Positions 1 to 8,897 of a stretch of 44,460 bases of DNA are shown one piece after another. The translations under genes and the position numbers were made by a program. Every line of letters begins with the position of its first letter. Position 1 is the first letter of the stretch. The notes beneath the pieces are model-generated. The model made no database searches. It saw only the letters and a program-made list of their open reading frames with translations, and was not told the DNA's origin. This DNA is from a virus (taxonomy: Duplodnaviria; Caudoviricetes): positions 1-44,460 of the IMG/VR virus record IMGVR_UViG_3300019781_000050. The stretch is one strand, 5' to 3'.

Positions 1-134
1 TCGCCGCGCTTGCCGCCGCAGTTCCGCAACTGGCGAATGTCGTGAGTCATCCGATACTGGCCGAGATTTACAAGGCCGAGATGATGTGGGAAGCCGCCAT
101 AGCCGCAAGCGCGAAGAAGGGAGGGAGAAAATAA
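1..134 (+). CDS. 3' part of a 58-aa hypothetical protein starting at 44418 (spans the circular junction)
   Basis: ATG at 44418 reads MSNACHSHCWCQKT/FAALAAAVPQ...KKGGRK to TAA at 132-134 when the ends are joined. Confidence 0.7.
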   Translation, partial: AALAAAVPQLANVVSHPILAEIYKAEMMWEAAIAASAKKGGRK

Positions 135-135
135 T

Positions 136-507
136 ATGAGCATTGAAGCCAAGCCGGAGGAAGCCATCGGAATGTCGTCGTGGTGGCTGTTGCAAGTCGC
201 CAACCAGCTACAAATGTATGCCTGGGTTGAGGACAACTTCAAAGCGCCCGAGGTCCAGGCCGTGATAGATTTCGCGGGGGACCGCTCGAACGACTCCTGC
301 ACAGATTTCTACGACCAAGTGGAGAAGGTCAGGACGAAAGCTGGGGGATAATACTTAGACAGCAGTTCTCTCCATCACAAGTCCGTCGGCGAGCTCGCCA
401 AGTTCATCGAATTAAAGGGCGAGAACGAGAAGAAAACCAGGGCCGCAATTAAGCGGGAGAAGATCGCGCAACTCCAGAAGGAAATCGAAAGCCTGGAGAA
501 ACCGTGA
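136..507 (+). pseudogene. Hypothetical gene interrupted by an in-frame TAA at 349-351
   Basis: Frame stays open after the TAA (YLDSSSLHHKSVGELAKFIELKGENEKKTRAAIKREKIAQLQKEIESLEKP) to TGA 505-507, which overlaps the next start. Confidence 0.55.
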
Positions 508-1379
508 TGACCGAAAGCCGCAAGGAGAACCACTTGACCGAAAACAAGGAGCCGTTGAAGCCGTGCCCGTTCTGCGGATCAAGAATGGCGGCGTATTATT
601 CGGTTTACGATTGCTTCCTATGTGCCATTTGTGGAACGAGGGGACCGATCATCGACAAAAACGGGAACCGATGGAATATGCGCGAACTCTCCCGCCGCGC
701 CCCTCATCCCGACGGGCTCAGGGAGGTGTTGAAGGGGCTAATCGCCGAGGCCGAGCAAGACCGTCAGTTTGCTATCAAGAACGGATACGACAAAGCTCTC
801 GACGCCTCGTCTGGACATAAAGCGCGATTAGAAAAAGCCCTCTCCGCAACCCCTCAAGCCGCGACGGGGTTGAGCGAATCGGAGAAGGGAAGGATAGCGA
901 CGATAAAAGGATACCAGGAGCATAAACACATAATGGAGCGTAAGCGCGAGGAGGAGGAGGAGTTAAAAAAACAGTCACTCTTTTTAACAGAAAACCGTGA
1001 CGAGGCGCTGAACAGGGAGGTTGAGGATGCGTTGGCGGGGATAAAGAGAGGCGACTTTACAGACTTCGCAAAGCGTGTCGGCATCGTTGAAGCCGCCTAC
1101 CGTTCTCTGTTGGCCGAGCGCGTCAAGATGGAAGCGGTGGTCGAGGCGGCGAAGGAGATACGCTACGCCGGGGTGCTACAGCACACCAACGAATGTGACG
1201 AGAAGGACCGCAACAGTTGCTCATGCGGGGTGGACGCCATGTTCGCCGCCCTCGCCTTCCATTCCAAGACCGAGGGGAAGAATCTGTGGTGCGGACGCAA
1301 CCCCTGCTCATGGGAGGAAGTCTGCCCCAAGTGCAGAGCCGACTACGCCGCCCCGCCCAAGACCGCAGAGGAGAAATAG
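504..1379 (+). CDS. Hypothetical protein with N-terminal Lar-like zinc ribbon
   Basis: LKPCPFCG...CAICG...WN motif; further Cys clusters at C-terminus. Confidence 0.65.
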   Translation: MMTESRKENHLTENKEPLKPCPFCGSRMAAYYSVYDCFLCAICGTRGPIIDKNGNRWNMRELSRRAPHPDGLREVLKGLIAEAEQDRQFAIKNGYDKALDASSGHKARLEKALSATPQAATGLSESEKGRIATIKGYQEHKHIMERKREEEEELKKQSLFLTENRDEALNREVEDALAGIKRGDFTDFAKRVGIVEAAYRSLLAERVKMEAVVEAAKEIRYAGVLQHTNECDEKDRNSCSCGVDAMFAALAFHSKTEGKNLWCGRNPCSWEEVCPKCRADYAAPPKTAEEK

Positions 1380-1380
1380 C

Positions 1381-1572
1381 GTGAACCGAGAAATATCCGC
1401 GACCACAGCGGTAATCATGTGGCTTGAATTAACCTACTGTATCGTCGCCCCGATTCATCTTTGGGGATGGGAGCGTGGTTTATTGGCGGCAAGCGGGCTG
1501 ACGAGCCTTCTTCACATCGCCGGTCTACTCAAAGCCTCAGCCCTTCGCACAGCCGGGGAGAAACCGCGATGA
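1381..1572 (+). CDS. Small membrane protein
   Basis: GTG just after the previous stop; two hydrophobic segments. Confidence 0.5.
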   Translation: MNREISATTAVIMWLELTYCIVAPIHLWGWERGLLAASGLTSLLHIAGLLKASALRTAGEKPR

Positions 1573-1793
1573 AGAAATCCAAGGACGCGATAAGCGATAA
1601 AATCACAGTGACATTTACTTGCCGTCAGGCAGAGCGCATCATGGTAGACGCTGAAAATGTCGCGTCTTTTAGCGACTCCCCATGCGATGCCCGCGAAATG
1701 GCGCAGATTGCTATTAAAATTCGCAGAGCAATCGACGCCTCCCGCGCCCTCAAGAAGAAGGCTCCCGCGATGGGCAAGGAGAAGGGGGAGTGA
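1569..1793 (+). CDS. Hypothetical protein
   Basis: GGGGAG RBS, ATGA overlap with upstream stop. Confidence 0.55.
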   Translation: MKKSKDAISDKITVTFTCRQAERIMVDAENVASFSDSPCDAREMAQIAIKIRRAIDASRALKKKAPAMGKEKGE

Positions 1794-2077
1794 TGACCGA
1801 CAAAGCGGTAGGGGAGGCGTTGGAGTGGATTAGGTGCATGAAGCACAATTACACCGTGGACTTCGCGGAGATTCCCACCCACTGCGATACACTGACCGCC
1901 GAAGTCCTACGGCTGCGGAAGGTTGAGGAGGCGGCTGAACTTGCCCTCGGGTTCTGCGTTGATTTTAGGCAGAACAATGATTGTTGGCAAAACCATCCTG
2001 GGGTAGGATTCTTATTCGCAAAACTTACCATCGCCCTCGCCCGCCCCGAGGTCAGGGAGTTGGGGGATCAGAAATGA
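1790..2077 (+). CDS. Hypothetical protein
   Basis: Translationally coupled ORF with RBS. Confidence 0.55.
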   Translation: MMTDKAVGEALEWIRCMKHNYTVDFAEIPTHCDTLTAEVLRLRKVEEAAELALGFCVDFRQNNDCWQNHPGVGFLFAKLTIALARPEVRELGDQK

Positions 2078-2364
2078 GAACGGCAATCTTATCCGTAAAT
2101 CTATTCTTTTCCGGCCTTCGCGGGGATGGTTATATCACTCAGAGATATTGCGATAGCGATAAGGGCCGCTTGTTTTGTTGTTCTGACCAACCGATAGAGG
2201 TAACTCTTATTGAAAGCGGCCCGGATGGCCAATATTGGAGCGCGAAGGTGGTCTATCTAAAAAATGGGCATCCAGTTACATTCCCGCAATGCAGGGTGAA
2301 TTGGACTTCAAAAATATTCAAGTCGGATTACCGCGTGGGACTGGAGTTGGGGGATGGGAAGTGA
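2074..2364 (+). CDS. Hypothetical protein
   Basis: ATGA overlap; lower-GC ORF in gene chain. Confidence 0.5.
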   Translation: MRTAILSVNLFFSGLRGDGYITQRYCDSDKGRLFCCSDQPIEVTLIESGPDGQYWSAKVVYLKNGHPVTFPQCRVNWTSKIFKSDYRVGLELGDGK

Positions 2365-3536
2365 CCGCCCTCATGGTTCTCCTGGCCGCCCCCATGTTCG
2401 CGGTAGCCCCCTCTCTGTTCCAAAACCGATCACACACCCCGAAGATGCTTTTCATAGTCGCCGGCCTGGCCTTGATTCTTGCGGGAACAAAACGAAGGGG
2501 CGCGGCCCTGACTCCTATGGCGGCTTTCTTTGGGGCATGTTGCTTGTCCTGGATCTTCTCGGCCGACAAGCTGGCCTCATATGCGGGGATGCCACGGGCG
2601 CCGTACTATGGGCTGTTTGGGGTCGCCGTGGTCATTCTGGCCTACGCCGCATCAAGTGAAATCCGGAAAGACAAGGCGCTAGTCGTCCTTGAGTTTGCGG
2701 GGTCCATGGTCGGGGCGTTCGCGGTCATTCAGTGGGCGGCGGGGTCTTCCCTGATGGGTCTTCCGATGCAAGACGGAAGGGCCGGAGGCTTCCGGGGATC
2801 ACCTGTGATGTTCGGGGCGTCCCTCATTCCATGTTTCCTGGCGGCGTGGCACCTTGCCAGAACGGAGGAGCCCCCCGTCTACAGGTGGGTGGGAGTGGTC
2901 GTAATCGTCGCCGGAATGTGCGCGGCCCAAGCCAAAGGCGCACTTCTGGCCTCTGCTGTCGGCGTGTGGGTCTACGAAACGAAAGGGGCCGCTCGGTGGT
3001 TTGGTGTTGCCGCGGCCTGGGTGGGCGTCCACGCCTACATTCTGAGCTCGGGAAGCCTGACAAGCCGGGAGCGCGTTGAGCTCGTCAATATCGCCTGGAC
3101 CTCTTTTAAGCAGCACCCGCTTTTGGGATGGGGCCCGGACTGTTTTCTCTACGCCCTCCAAGCAAACCGGGGGGCGGTCTATAACTCAATCGTCGGTCCC
3201 GCATCCCAAGCCTCAGCCCATTGGGACCTCGCCCAAGTCGCGGCAACTCTTGGCCTTGCCGGCGTCGGAACATACATCTGGACCCTTTGGAGTCTTGCCC
3301 GCGCAAGGTGGACCGACGCAGTAGGCCCCGCCGTCCTCGCCGCTATGTTCATCCAGGCCCAGGTAAACCCAATCCCGACAGATGTTCTTGTCGCCGCCGC
3401 AGTCGTCATCGGCTCCCGCCAAGAATACGAAGGCACAATCTCAATCCCTGAATGGGTAGGCCCTCTACTCGTTGGAATCGCGCTGACGCTTGCAATGTAC
3501 GACCTGACGCCCCTCGCAAGGGGGGCGTTCCACTAA
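2361..3536 (+). CDS. Wzy_C family polytopic membrane protein (O-antigen ligase / O-oligosaccharyltransferase-like)
   Basis: Many TM segments; RAGGFRGSP, R..LVNIAWTSFKQHPLLGWGP and AHWDLAQVAATLGLAG match the HPLxGxG and AHN..LQ..G..G motifs. Confidence 0.8.
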   Translation: MTALMVLLAAPMFAVAPSLFQNRSHTPKMLFIVAGLALILAGTKRRGAALTPMAAFFGACCLSWIFSADKLASYAGMPRAPYYGLFGVAVVILAYAASSEIRKDKALVVLEFAGSMVGAFAVIQWAAGSSLMGLPMQDGRAGGFRGSPVMFGASLIPCFLAAWHLARTEEPPVYRWVGVVVIVAGMCAAQAKGALLASAVGVWVYETKGAARWFGVAAAWVGVHAYILSSGSLTSRERVELVNIAWTSFKQHPLLGWGPDCFLYALQANRGAVYNSIVGPASQASAHWDLAQVAATLGLAGVGTYIWTLWSLARARWTDAVGPAVLAAMFIQAQVNPIPTDVLVAAAVVIGSRQEYEGTISIPEWVGPLLVGIALTLAMYDLTPLARGAFH

Positions 3537-3574
3537 GCACGACCAACTAAGAATCTACCCGCAAGGACTACCCC

Positions 3575-3766
3575 ATGCCCGAGTGCTACCGCGAACAAAT
3601 CGGACGTACATTCTTGAAGATGCTGAAGAAACACAAGGACACGAAGAAGGCCATGTACCTGACGCGCCTTGAGTACAAGGGACGCGACGGTAAGATGATA
3701 GGGCGCTCGACGGTCTACAGGCACGTTGAGTTCGTTCGGAAGATCGACGGGAAGAATCGGAGATGA
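3575..3766 (+). CDS. Small basic protein with HTH-like C-terminus; candidate late activator
   Basis: AAGGA RBS; IGRSTVYRHV resembles an HTH recognition helix. Confidence 0.5.
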   Translation: MPECYREQIGRTFLKMLKKHKDTKKAMYLTRLEYKGRDGKMIGRSTVYRHVEFVRKIDGKNRR

Positions 3767-3905
3767 TATATCTCCCGTTCTCGTGGCCGACGAAGTCCTA
3801 TTATCGCCGCATTGTCGAGATGCTAGCCCCCGACAGAAAGACGGGGAGGATTTGGGCGCGTGAGCAGATGGCATCAGTTCGGCGCATCCGCAACATTAAA
3901 TAATT

Positions 3906-3960
3906 TAGTCCCAAGTTGGGACCGGATTTAACGAGAGAAATTCGCGGCTGTTGTTATACT
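3906..3960 (+). promoter_or_regulatory. Putative activator-dependent late promoter 1
   Basis: Palindrome GTCCCAA-G-TTGGGAC (3908-3922), 32 nt spacer, extended -10 TGtTATACT (3952-3960), no -35 consensus. Confidence 0.7.
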
Positions 3961-4040
3961 AGCCGCGTTGAGGCGAGGCCCATACAACAATGGGTCAGAA
4001 CAACCACGCCCCTCTCGGTCTCGCCTCAACAACGAGCCGC

Positions 4041-4076
4041 GCCCTTCCCCAAGAAACGGGGAAGGGCATTTGTTTT
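4041..4076 (+). terminator. Intrinsic terminator in the late leader
   Basis: GCCCTTCCCC-aagaaac-GGGGAAGGGC followed by ATTTGTTTT. Confidence 0.65.
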
Positions 4077-4519
4077 CCCCCGACCATGGGGCAAGAGTCC
4101 AACGCGAAGCCCAGCTTCCGGGACCCCGCCGATGTAATGGTCCCCGACCGCGCCGCCTGGCAAGCCGGTATTCACTCCGGCAAGCCCAGTCAACGCCGCG
4201 CCACCGGGAAGGACATCGGCATAATTTCGTTTCGTACGGCGAAGAAGCGCCTGGAATCGTGGGATGCCGGAAACGTGTCCTTTGTCGAGATCGGCCATGA
4301 ATAGCGGGGTAGTCACTAAGTCCAACTTCTCGCGGGTAATCATCAAAGACCTTACCCCTGTTTTTGAACACCACTTTAACGGGACCCATGGATCGTTCCG
4401 TGGCCGTCCGTATCGTCGCGGAAAGAACAGATGCTGGATATACGGTGCTCCGAAATCAGCGCGATCGGTTGAGATGGGGGACTTTAAGTCGATGCTTCCC
4501 CGCGTGTTCTCGGGGGCTC

Positions 4520-4801
4520 ATGGCTCGTAAGAAATTCGTCCTCACCGCGGCTCTTGTCGAGCGAACGCGCCAGAAGATGGTCCATTTACGCGAGGTCGCC
4601 AGCCGCGGCACCCATTTCGTCGCCTACGAAAAATTGATGATGTGGTATGGCGGGCGGGTATACGCCCAGAAGCAGATCATCGGCCACGGCCCAAACGTGA
4701 AATGCCTTGGCGATTTCTCCCCCAACCTCAAAGAATCGCTTCTTCGCGTTCGTAGGTTTGCGATGGCCGAAGCACGTAAGAAAGCAAGGCGGTCACGCTA
4801 A
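4520..4801 (+). CDS. Basic hypothetical protein
   Basis: MARKKFV... ORF whose TAA overlaps the TerS ATG. Confidence 0.5.
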   Translation: MARKKFVLTAALVERTRQKMVHLREVASRGTHFVAYEKLMMWYGGRVYAQKQIIGHGPNVKCLGDFSPNLKESLLRVRRFAMAEARKKARRSR

Positions 4802-5271
4802 TGCCCCGCAAGCGCAAGAAGCCAGACGCCAAAGAAGCCGCGCTCCTGAAAGGCGTTATCGAAGGCAAGACCATTATCGACGCGGCCAACGATGCAAAAC
4901 TTGTTCCCGGTGGGAGTCGTGAGGTAAACCGCGTCACCGCTTACGAGGTGCTACGACGGCCTCACGTCGCCGCTGCCCTTGATGCCGCCCTGGATGAGGC
5001 CGGTGCGACGGTCAAGGCAAGCGCTCAGGTAATCGCAGCCGGCCACAAGGCCAGCACGGTCAAGGTATTCAACGACAAGGTGGATGGGATCGTCTACGCC
5101 ACGCCCCTGGTCGATCACCCGACCCGCATGAAGGCCGCCGAACTCAACCTCCGCGCCCGCCGCCTCATCGGCTCCGGCCCCGAGGAAGGCGGCGGCAGTC
5201 AGACCGTCAACCTCTTTGCCGTTCTGTCCGTCGTCCGCCAGGCTTCCGGCGAGAGGGGACTTCCCCTGTGA
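4801..5271 (+). CDS. terS: Terminase small subunit (probable)
   Basis: N-terminal HTH-like segment, AYEVLRRPHV, DHPTRMKAAEL; upstream of TerL. Confidence 0.7.
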   Translation: MPRKRKKPDAKEAALLKGVIEGKTIIDAANDAKLVPGGSREVNRVTAYEVLRRPHVAAALDAALDEAGATVKASAQVIAAGHKASTVKVFNDKVDGIVYATPLVDHPTRMKAAELNLRARRLIGSGPEEGGGSQTVNLFAVLSVVRQASGERGLPL

Positions 5272-5561
5272 CCATGGCCGATGTGACCGACGTTCGCTTC
5301 TACGGCGTTCGCAAGGGAAACTTCATCTGCTACGTCAGCGCGGTCATCGGTCGAAACTTCATCTTGAAGCACATGCGCCTTGTGGTGTCGAAGAAGGAGG
5401 GGGAGCGCGTCATTCTCTCCATGCCCTGCCGCCAGGACGCTGAGGGCGAGTGGCGGGAGCTCTACCACCCAATCCGCCGGGAAGTCCGCGATGCTCTTGA
5501 GTCCGCCGTCCTGGCCGCCTACGCCAAGCGGGAGGCCGCCGTTGGAACGGCCAAGCCCTGA
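5268..5561 (+). CDS. spoVG: SpoVG family nucleic acid-binding protein
   Basis: VTDVRF...SMP.R...GEWRELYHPI..E.R..LE.AVL.AY signature. Confidence 0.85.
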   Translation: MTMADVTDVRFYGVRKGNFICYVSAVIGRNFILKHMRLVVSKKEGERVILSMPCRQDAEGEWRELYHPIRREVRDALESAVLAAYAKREAAVGTAKP

Positions 5562-7140
5562 AGATGAGGAGATTATGCGGAAGCTCCGGGAGGATGCCCG
5601 GTACTTCATCGAGCGCATCTTCTCCATTGTGGACCAGAGCGGGAAGGAAGTCCCGTTCATCTTCAACTCCGCCCAGGCCCATTTCTATGAGAACCGGACG
5701 GCCCGCGATATGATCGTCAAGTCCCGCAAGGAAGGCTTTTCCTCCGTCATCCTGGCCATCATCATCCACGCCCTTATCTTCCGCCCCAACGCCAACGCGG
5801 CCATCGTGTCTTTCACGGACGAGGCGACGGAGAAGCTGCTCAAGCGGGCCGAGTATTATCTCAAGACGGCCAAGATCCCCATCCGCTACAAGCCGACCAA
5901 GAGCGGAATCAAGCTGCTGGACTCCAACAGCGAGCTCTACATCGGCACGGCCGGCTCCCGGTCCTTCGGCCGCGGCGATGACCTCATCATCCTGCATCTT
6001 TCCGAGTCGGCCCACTACGCCAACGATGAGATGATGACGGGCGTTCAGGAAGCCCTCATCAAGGACGCCCCTACCTGGATGGTCGAGGAGACGACGGCCA
6101 GGGGTGCTGGGACGCCGTTTCATACCCGCTGGCTTAGGGCCGTTCGCAAGGAGTCCTCGGCCAAGGCACATTTTTACGGGTGGTTCTGGGACAAGCTCAA
6201 CCGCATCAAGGGGGCCGTCGCCTTTGCGATGACGGACGCCGAGAAGGCGCTCAAGGAAGCCCTCTCCCTCGACTGGGAGCAGATGGCGTGGTATCGGTGG
6301 AAGCCATCGGACATGCTCGACCCCAACCTCATGCCCCAGGAGAACCCGTCAACCTGGGAAGAGGCCTTCCTCGCCTCCGGGTCAATGCTGTTCGACTGGA
6401 TCGCTTTGAAGCGGTGTGAGGACAACGCCCTTAAGCCGAAGTGGAAAGGGAACATCCTTGACGCGGGCTCGAAGATCGACATCGTAGCCGACCCCAAGGG
6501 CCCGCTTGAGATTTACCTCACCCCGTCCGAGCGCACCAAGTACATCATCGTCGCCGACGCTGGCCTCGGAGTCGTCGGGGGAGCCAATAGCGCGGCCGAT
6601 GTCTACGATGTCAGGACCTGGGAGCAAGTCGCGCAGTGGGCCGGGAACCACGCCGACCCCGAGGAGTTTGGCGACATCCTCATGCGCCTGGGGGTGTTCT
6701 ACGGGTGGGCCGTCATCGCGGTTGAGAACAACTACCCCGGCAACGCGACCCTTCAGCGCCTATCGGCGGCAAGCTACCCAAACATCTACGACGCCCCGGA
6801 GGAGCCTGGGGACGAACTCGGCTTCAAGACGACGGAAAAGAGCCGGGGTCAGTACGTCACGGACGGGAGAACCGCCGTCAAGGACGGCTCCCTCAAGATC
6901 AACAGCATCGCCTCCCTCAACGAAATGAGGACCTTTGTCCTTCACGCGAACGGCAAGACCGCCGCCCAGGAAGGTTGCCTTCAGGACCGCGTTATCGTGG
7001 CCTGCAAGGCCGCCAACATCCTCAAGACCATGCACGTCGAACCAGAGATTGCCCGCGTCGATTTCAAAGAGGTCATGGGCTTTCGCAAGCGTCAAGGCCG
7101 CGGTCCTTCGGGCGGCAACTACAAACAGGGGGTCGTATGA
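5542..7140 (+). CDS. terL: Terminase large subunit
   Basis: TTG start after GGAGG; KSRKEGFS Walker A-like, LHLSE Walker B, ETTARG motif, QENP..WEEAF, RNase H-like nuclease motifs (IVADAG, AVENN, QDRVI). Confidence 0.92.
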   Translation: MERPSPEDEEIMRKLREDARYFIERIFSIVDQSGKEVPFIFNSAQAHFYENRTARDMIVKSRKEGFSSVILAIIIHALIFRPNANAAIVSFTDEATEKLLKRAEYYLKTAKIPIRYKPTKSGIKLLDSNSELYIGTAGSRSFGRGDDLIILHLSESAHYANDEMMTGVQEALIKDAPTWMVEETTARGAGTPFHTRWLRAVRKESSAKAHFYGWFWDKLNRIKGAVAFAMTDAEKALKEALSLDWEQMAWYRWKPSDMLDPNLMPQENPSTWEEAFLASGSMLFDWIALKRCEDNALKPKWKGNILDAGSKIDIVADPKGPLEIYLTPSERTKYIIVADAGLGVVGGANSAADVYDVRTWEQVAQWAGNHADPEEFGDILMRLGVFYGWAVIAVENNYPGNATLQRLSAASYPNIYDAPEEPGDELGFKTTEKSRGQYVTDGRTAVKDGSLKINSIASLNEMRTFVLHANGKTAAQEGCLQDRVIVACKAANILKTMHVEPEIARVDFKEVMGFRKRQGRGPSGGNYKQGVV

Positions 7141-7577
7141 GCGACATCAAACCCATGCCGGACATCTTCGCGGCCAACTATACCGGTGAACACAGGCCGT
7201 GGATGAAGGTCCTGGAATACGGCGGAGAGGTAGAGGGCGAGTACGCCATCGACCCGCGAGACATCAACGCGGCCCTTAAGTTCGGCTCCTATCTTGAAAA
7301 GCAGGGATTTGAGCGCTTTGCACTGTCTTCCGATACGCTCACGTTCAAGCTGGGGTGGTACATCGACACGCACGAAGCCGGGATGGTCGCCAAGCGCACG
7401 GATAGCAAGGAGTATGTGTTCGCCGTCTGCCTGACACGATTTTCTCTTGCCGAATTACCCACCCACGACTTCGAGAAGATGAAAGAGGAGTTCCGCATAG
7501 CGGAGACTCACCGCGATATCGGGCTCAAGATCGCAAGAGACTCGCTGATGGCCGCGCAACCAAAGGAGGCCGTATGA
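7137..7577 (+). CDS. Hypothetical protein
   Basis: ATGA overlap with the terL stop; codon style of late genes. Confidence 0.65.
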   Translation: MSDIKPMPDIFAANYTGEHRPWMKVLEYGGEVEGEYAIDPRDINAALKFGSYLEKQGFERFALSSDTLTFKLGWYIDTHEAGMVAKRTDSKEYVFAVCLTRFSLAELPTHDFEKMKEEFRIAETHRDIGLKIARDSLMAAQPKEAV

Positions 7578-7888
7578 GACAACAGAGCAATAGCAAGATC
7601 GAGATGGACCCGCAGCGCGTTCAACTCATCGGCAACACCATCCTGGTTCGTTGCCTGAGCGACGAGAACAAGAGCAAGGGCGGCATCTATATCCCCGTGG
7701 ACACCAAGAACAAGGCCAAGCGCGGCATCGTCATCTCCAAGAGCCCCAAGGCCCCCGAGGAAGTGGCCGTCGGGGCCGAGGCTGTCCTTCACAGCTACGC
7801 CATCGCCCAGGCTTCCCTTCGGTGGGAAGGTTTGGAGTACGCCATCTACAACGGCGAGGACGTGATGGCGGTAGGGGTGGCGTCATGA
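7574..7888 (+). CDS. groES: GroES/Cpn10-like co-chaperonin
   Basis: LIGNTILVR...KSKGGIYIP mobile loop...GIVIS...EVAVG...EYAIYNGEDVMAV. Confidence 0.85.
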   Translation: MRQQSNSKIEMDPQRVQLIGNTILVRCLSDENKSKGGIYIPVDTKNKAKRGIVISKSPKAPEEVAVGAEAVLHSYAIAQASLRWEGLEYAIYNGEDVMAVGVAS

Positions 7889-8184
7889 GCGGCCCCGGTG
7901 AAGCCGTTACGCCACCGCAAGGCCCCGAGGTCAAGGAAGAACCCAAAGCCCCCACCCCCGCCGCCCGCATCGGCTTCTCGGAAGACGCCGTACTCGTCGT
8001 CCAGATCGACATGAGCCGTATCAACATGGCCCAGGCTCGGGGAACGCTCCTGAACGCCGACGACATCGTTAAGAAGTTCTACGAGGAGCTGGCCAAGTAC
8101 GAAGGTCAGAACAAGAAAAAGATTCACCTCCCCGGAGCCAACGCCGCGAAGGACGCCGTACTCAACTTCTTCAAGAGAGGATAG
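7885..8184 (+). CDS. Hypothetical protein
   Basis: Coupled ORF MSGPGEAV... Confidence 0.6.
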   Translation: MSGPGEAVTPPQGPEVKEEPKAPTPAARIGFSEDAVLVVQIDMSRINMAQARGTLLNADDIVKKFYEELAKYEGQNKKKIHLPGANAAKDAVLNFFKRG

Positions 8185-8187
8185 AAG

Positions 8188-8391
8188 ATGGCCAAGAAAG
8201 CCCCCAATTTCACCGAGCCAGTTCCCGCCGCCGCCCCCGTGAAGTCCGAGAAGCCATGCGCCTTAGAGGCCCGCGTCTCCGAGATCGAAGCCGACCTCCT
8301 GCGCCTCGCCAAGCTGTGCGGTCAGGTCTGGGGTGAGCCCCTGGCGTCCGCCGCGCTCGAAATCGTAACCAGACGCCAGGGGAAGGCGTAA
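8188..8391 (+). CDS. Hypothetical protein
   Basis: GAGG RBS, in gene chain. Confidence 0.55.
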   Translation: MAKKAPNFTEPVPAAAPVKSEKPCALEARVSEIEADLLRLAKLCGQVWGEPLASAALEIVTRRQGKA

Positions 8392-8573
8392 TGCTCTCCA
8401 TCGATGAGGCGCTGCGCGTTTCCGCCGAGGCTCGGGCAATACTTTCTTCCGTTGCCGGTCCCGAGCAGCAGACCAAGGCAAAAGCAATTCTTGACGGGGC
8501 GCTTGAAGCCCTGACGAAGTACGCCGCACAGCCGGCCGACAAGGCCGAGAAAAAGGCCAAGGAGGCCAAATGA
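8391..8573 (+). CDS. Hypothetical protein
   Basis: TAATG coupling. Confidence 0.55.
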   Translation: MLSIDEALRVSAEARAILSSVAGPEQQTKAKAILDGALEALTKYAAQPADKAEKKAKEAK

Positions 8574-8722
8574 ACGGACCCAAAGAAGGATCAGAAGGTC
8601 TGCCGTACAAGGACGTTTCCGCCGTCATCGGCGGAGCCCCCGACAATCAGCCCGCGCCCGGCCTCGCGCCCGAGCATGAGGTCTCCGGAACCTCGACCGT
8701 GAAGACGCCGAAGGGGTCCTAA
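8570..8722 (+). CDS. 50-aa hypothetical protein (below ORF-track cutoff)
   Basis: AAGGAGG RBS, MNGPKEGSEG...PKGS. Confidence 0.55.
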   Translation: MNGPKEGSEGLPYKDVSAVIGGAPDNQPAPGLAPEHEVSGTSTVKTPKGS

Positions 8723-8723
8723 G

Positions 8724-8897
8724 ATGGCCTACCCCTTCAAGTTCAAGGCGAAGCCTGACCAGGCCCCTAAGGGCAAAGCGCCCGCGGCGGGTATCGTTTC
8801 GGACTCTCCCCGGGCCAAGCTGCTCAAGGGTCGCGGGAAGAAGAAGAAAAAGAAGATGGCCAAAAAGTCCATGCCAATGATGGAGATGGACGCCTAG
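8724..8897 (+). CDS. 57-aa Lys-rich protein (below ORF-track cutoff)
   Basis: MAYPFKFKAK...GRGKKKKKKMAKK...; fills the gap exactly. Confidence 0.55.
   Translation: MAYPFKFKAKPDQAPKGKAPAAGIVSDSPRAKLLKGRGKKKKKKMAKKSMPMMEMDA

Noticed and set aside
5380-5541. Track's longer N-terminus for TerL
   Set aside because: Overlaps spoVG; TTG 5542 with a GGAGG RBS is the better start
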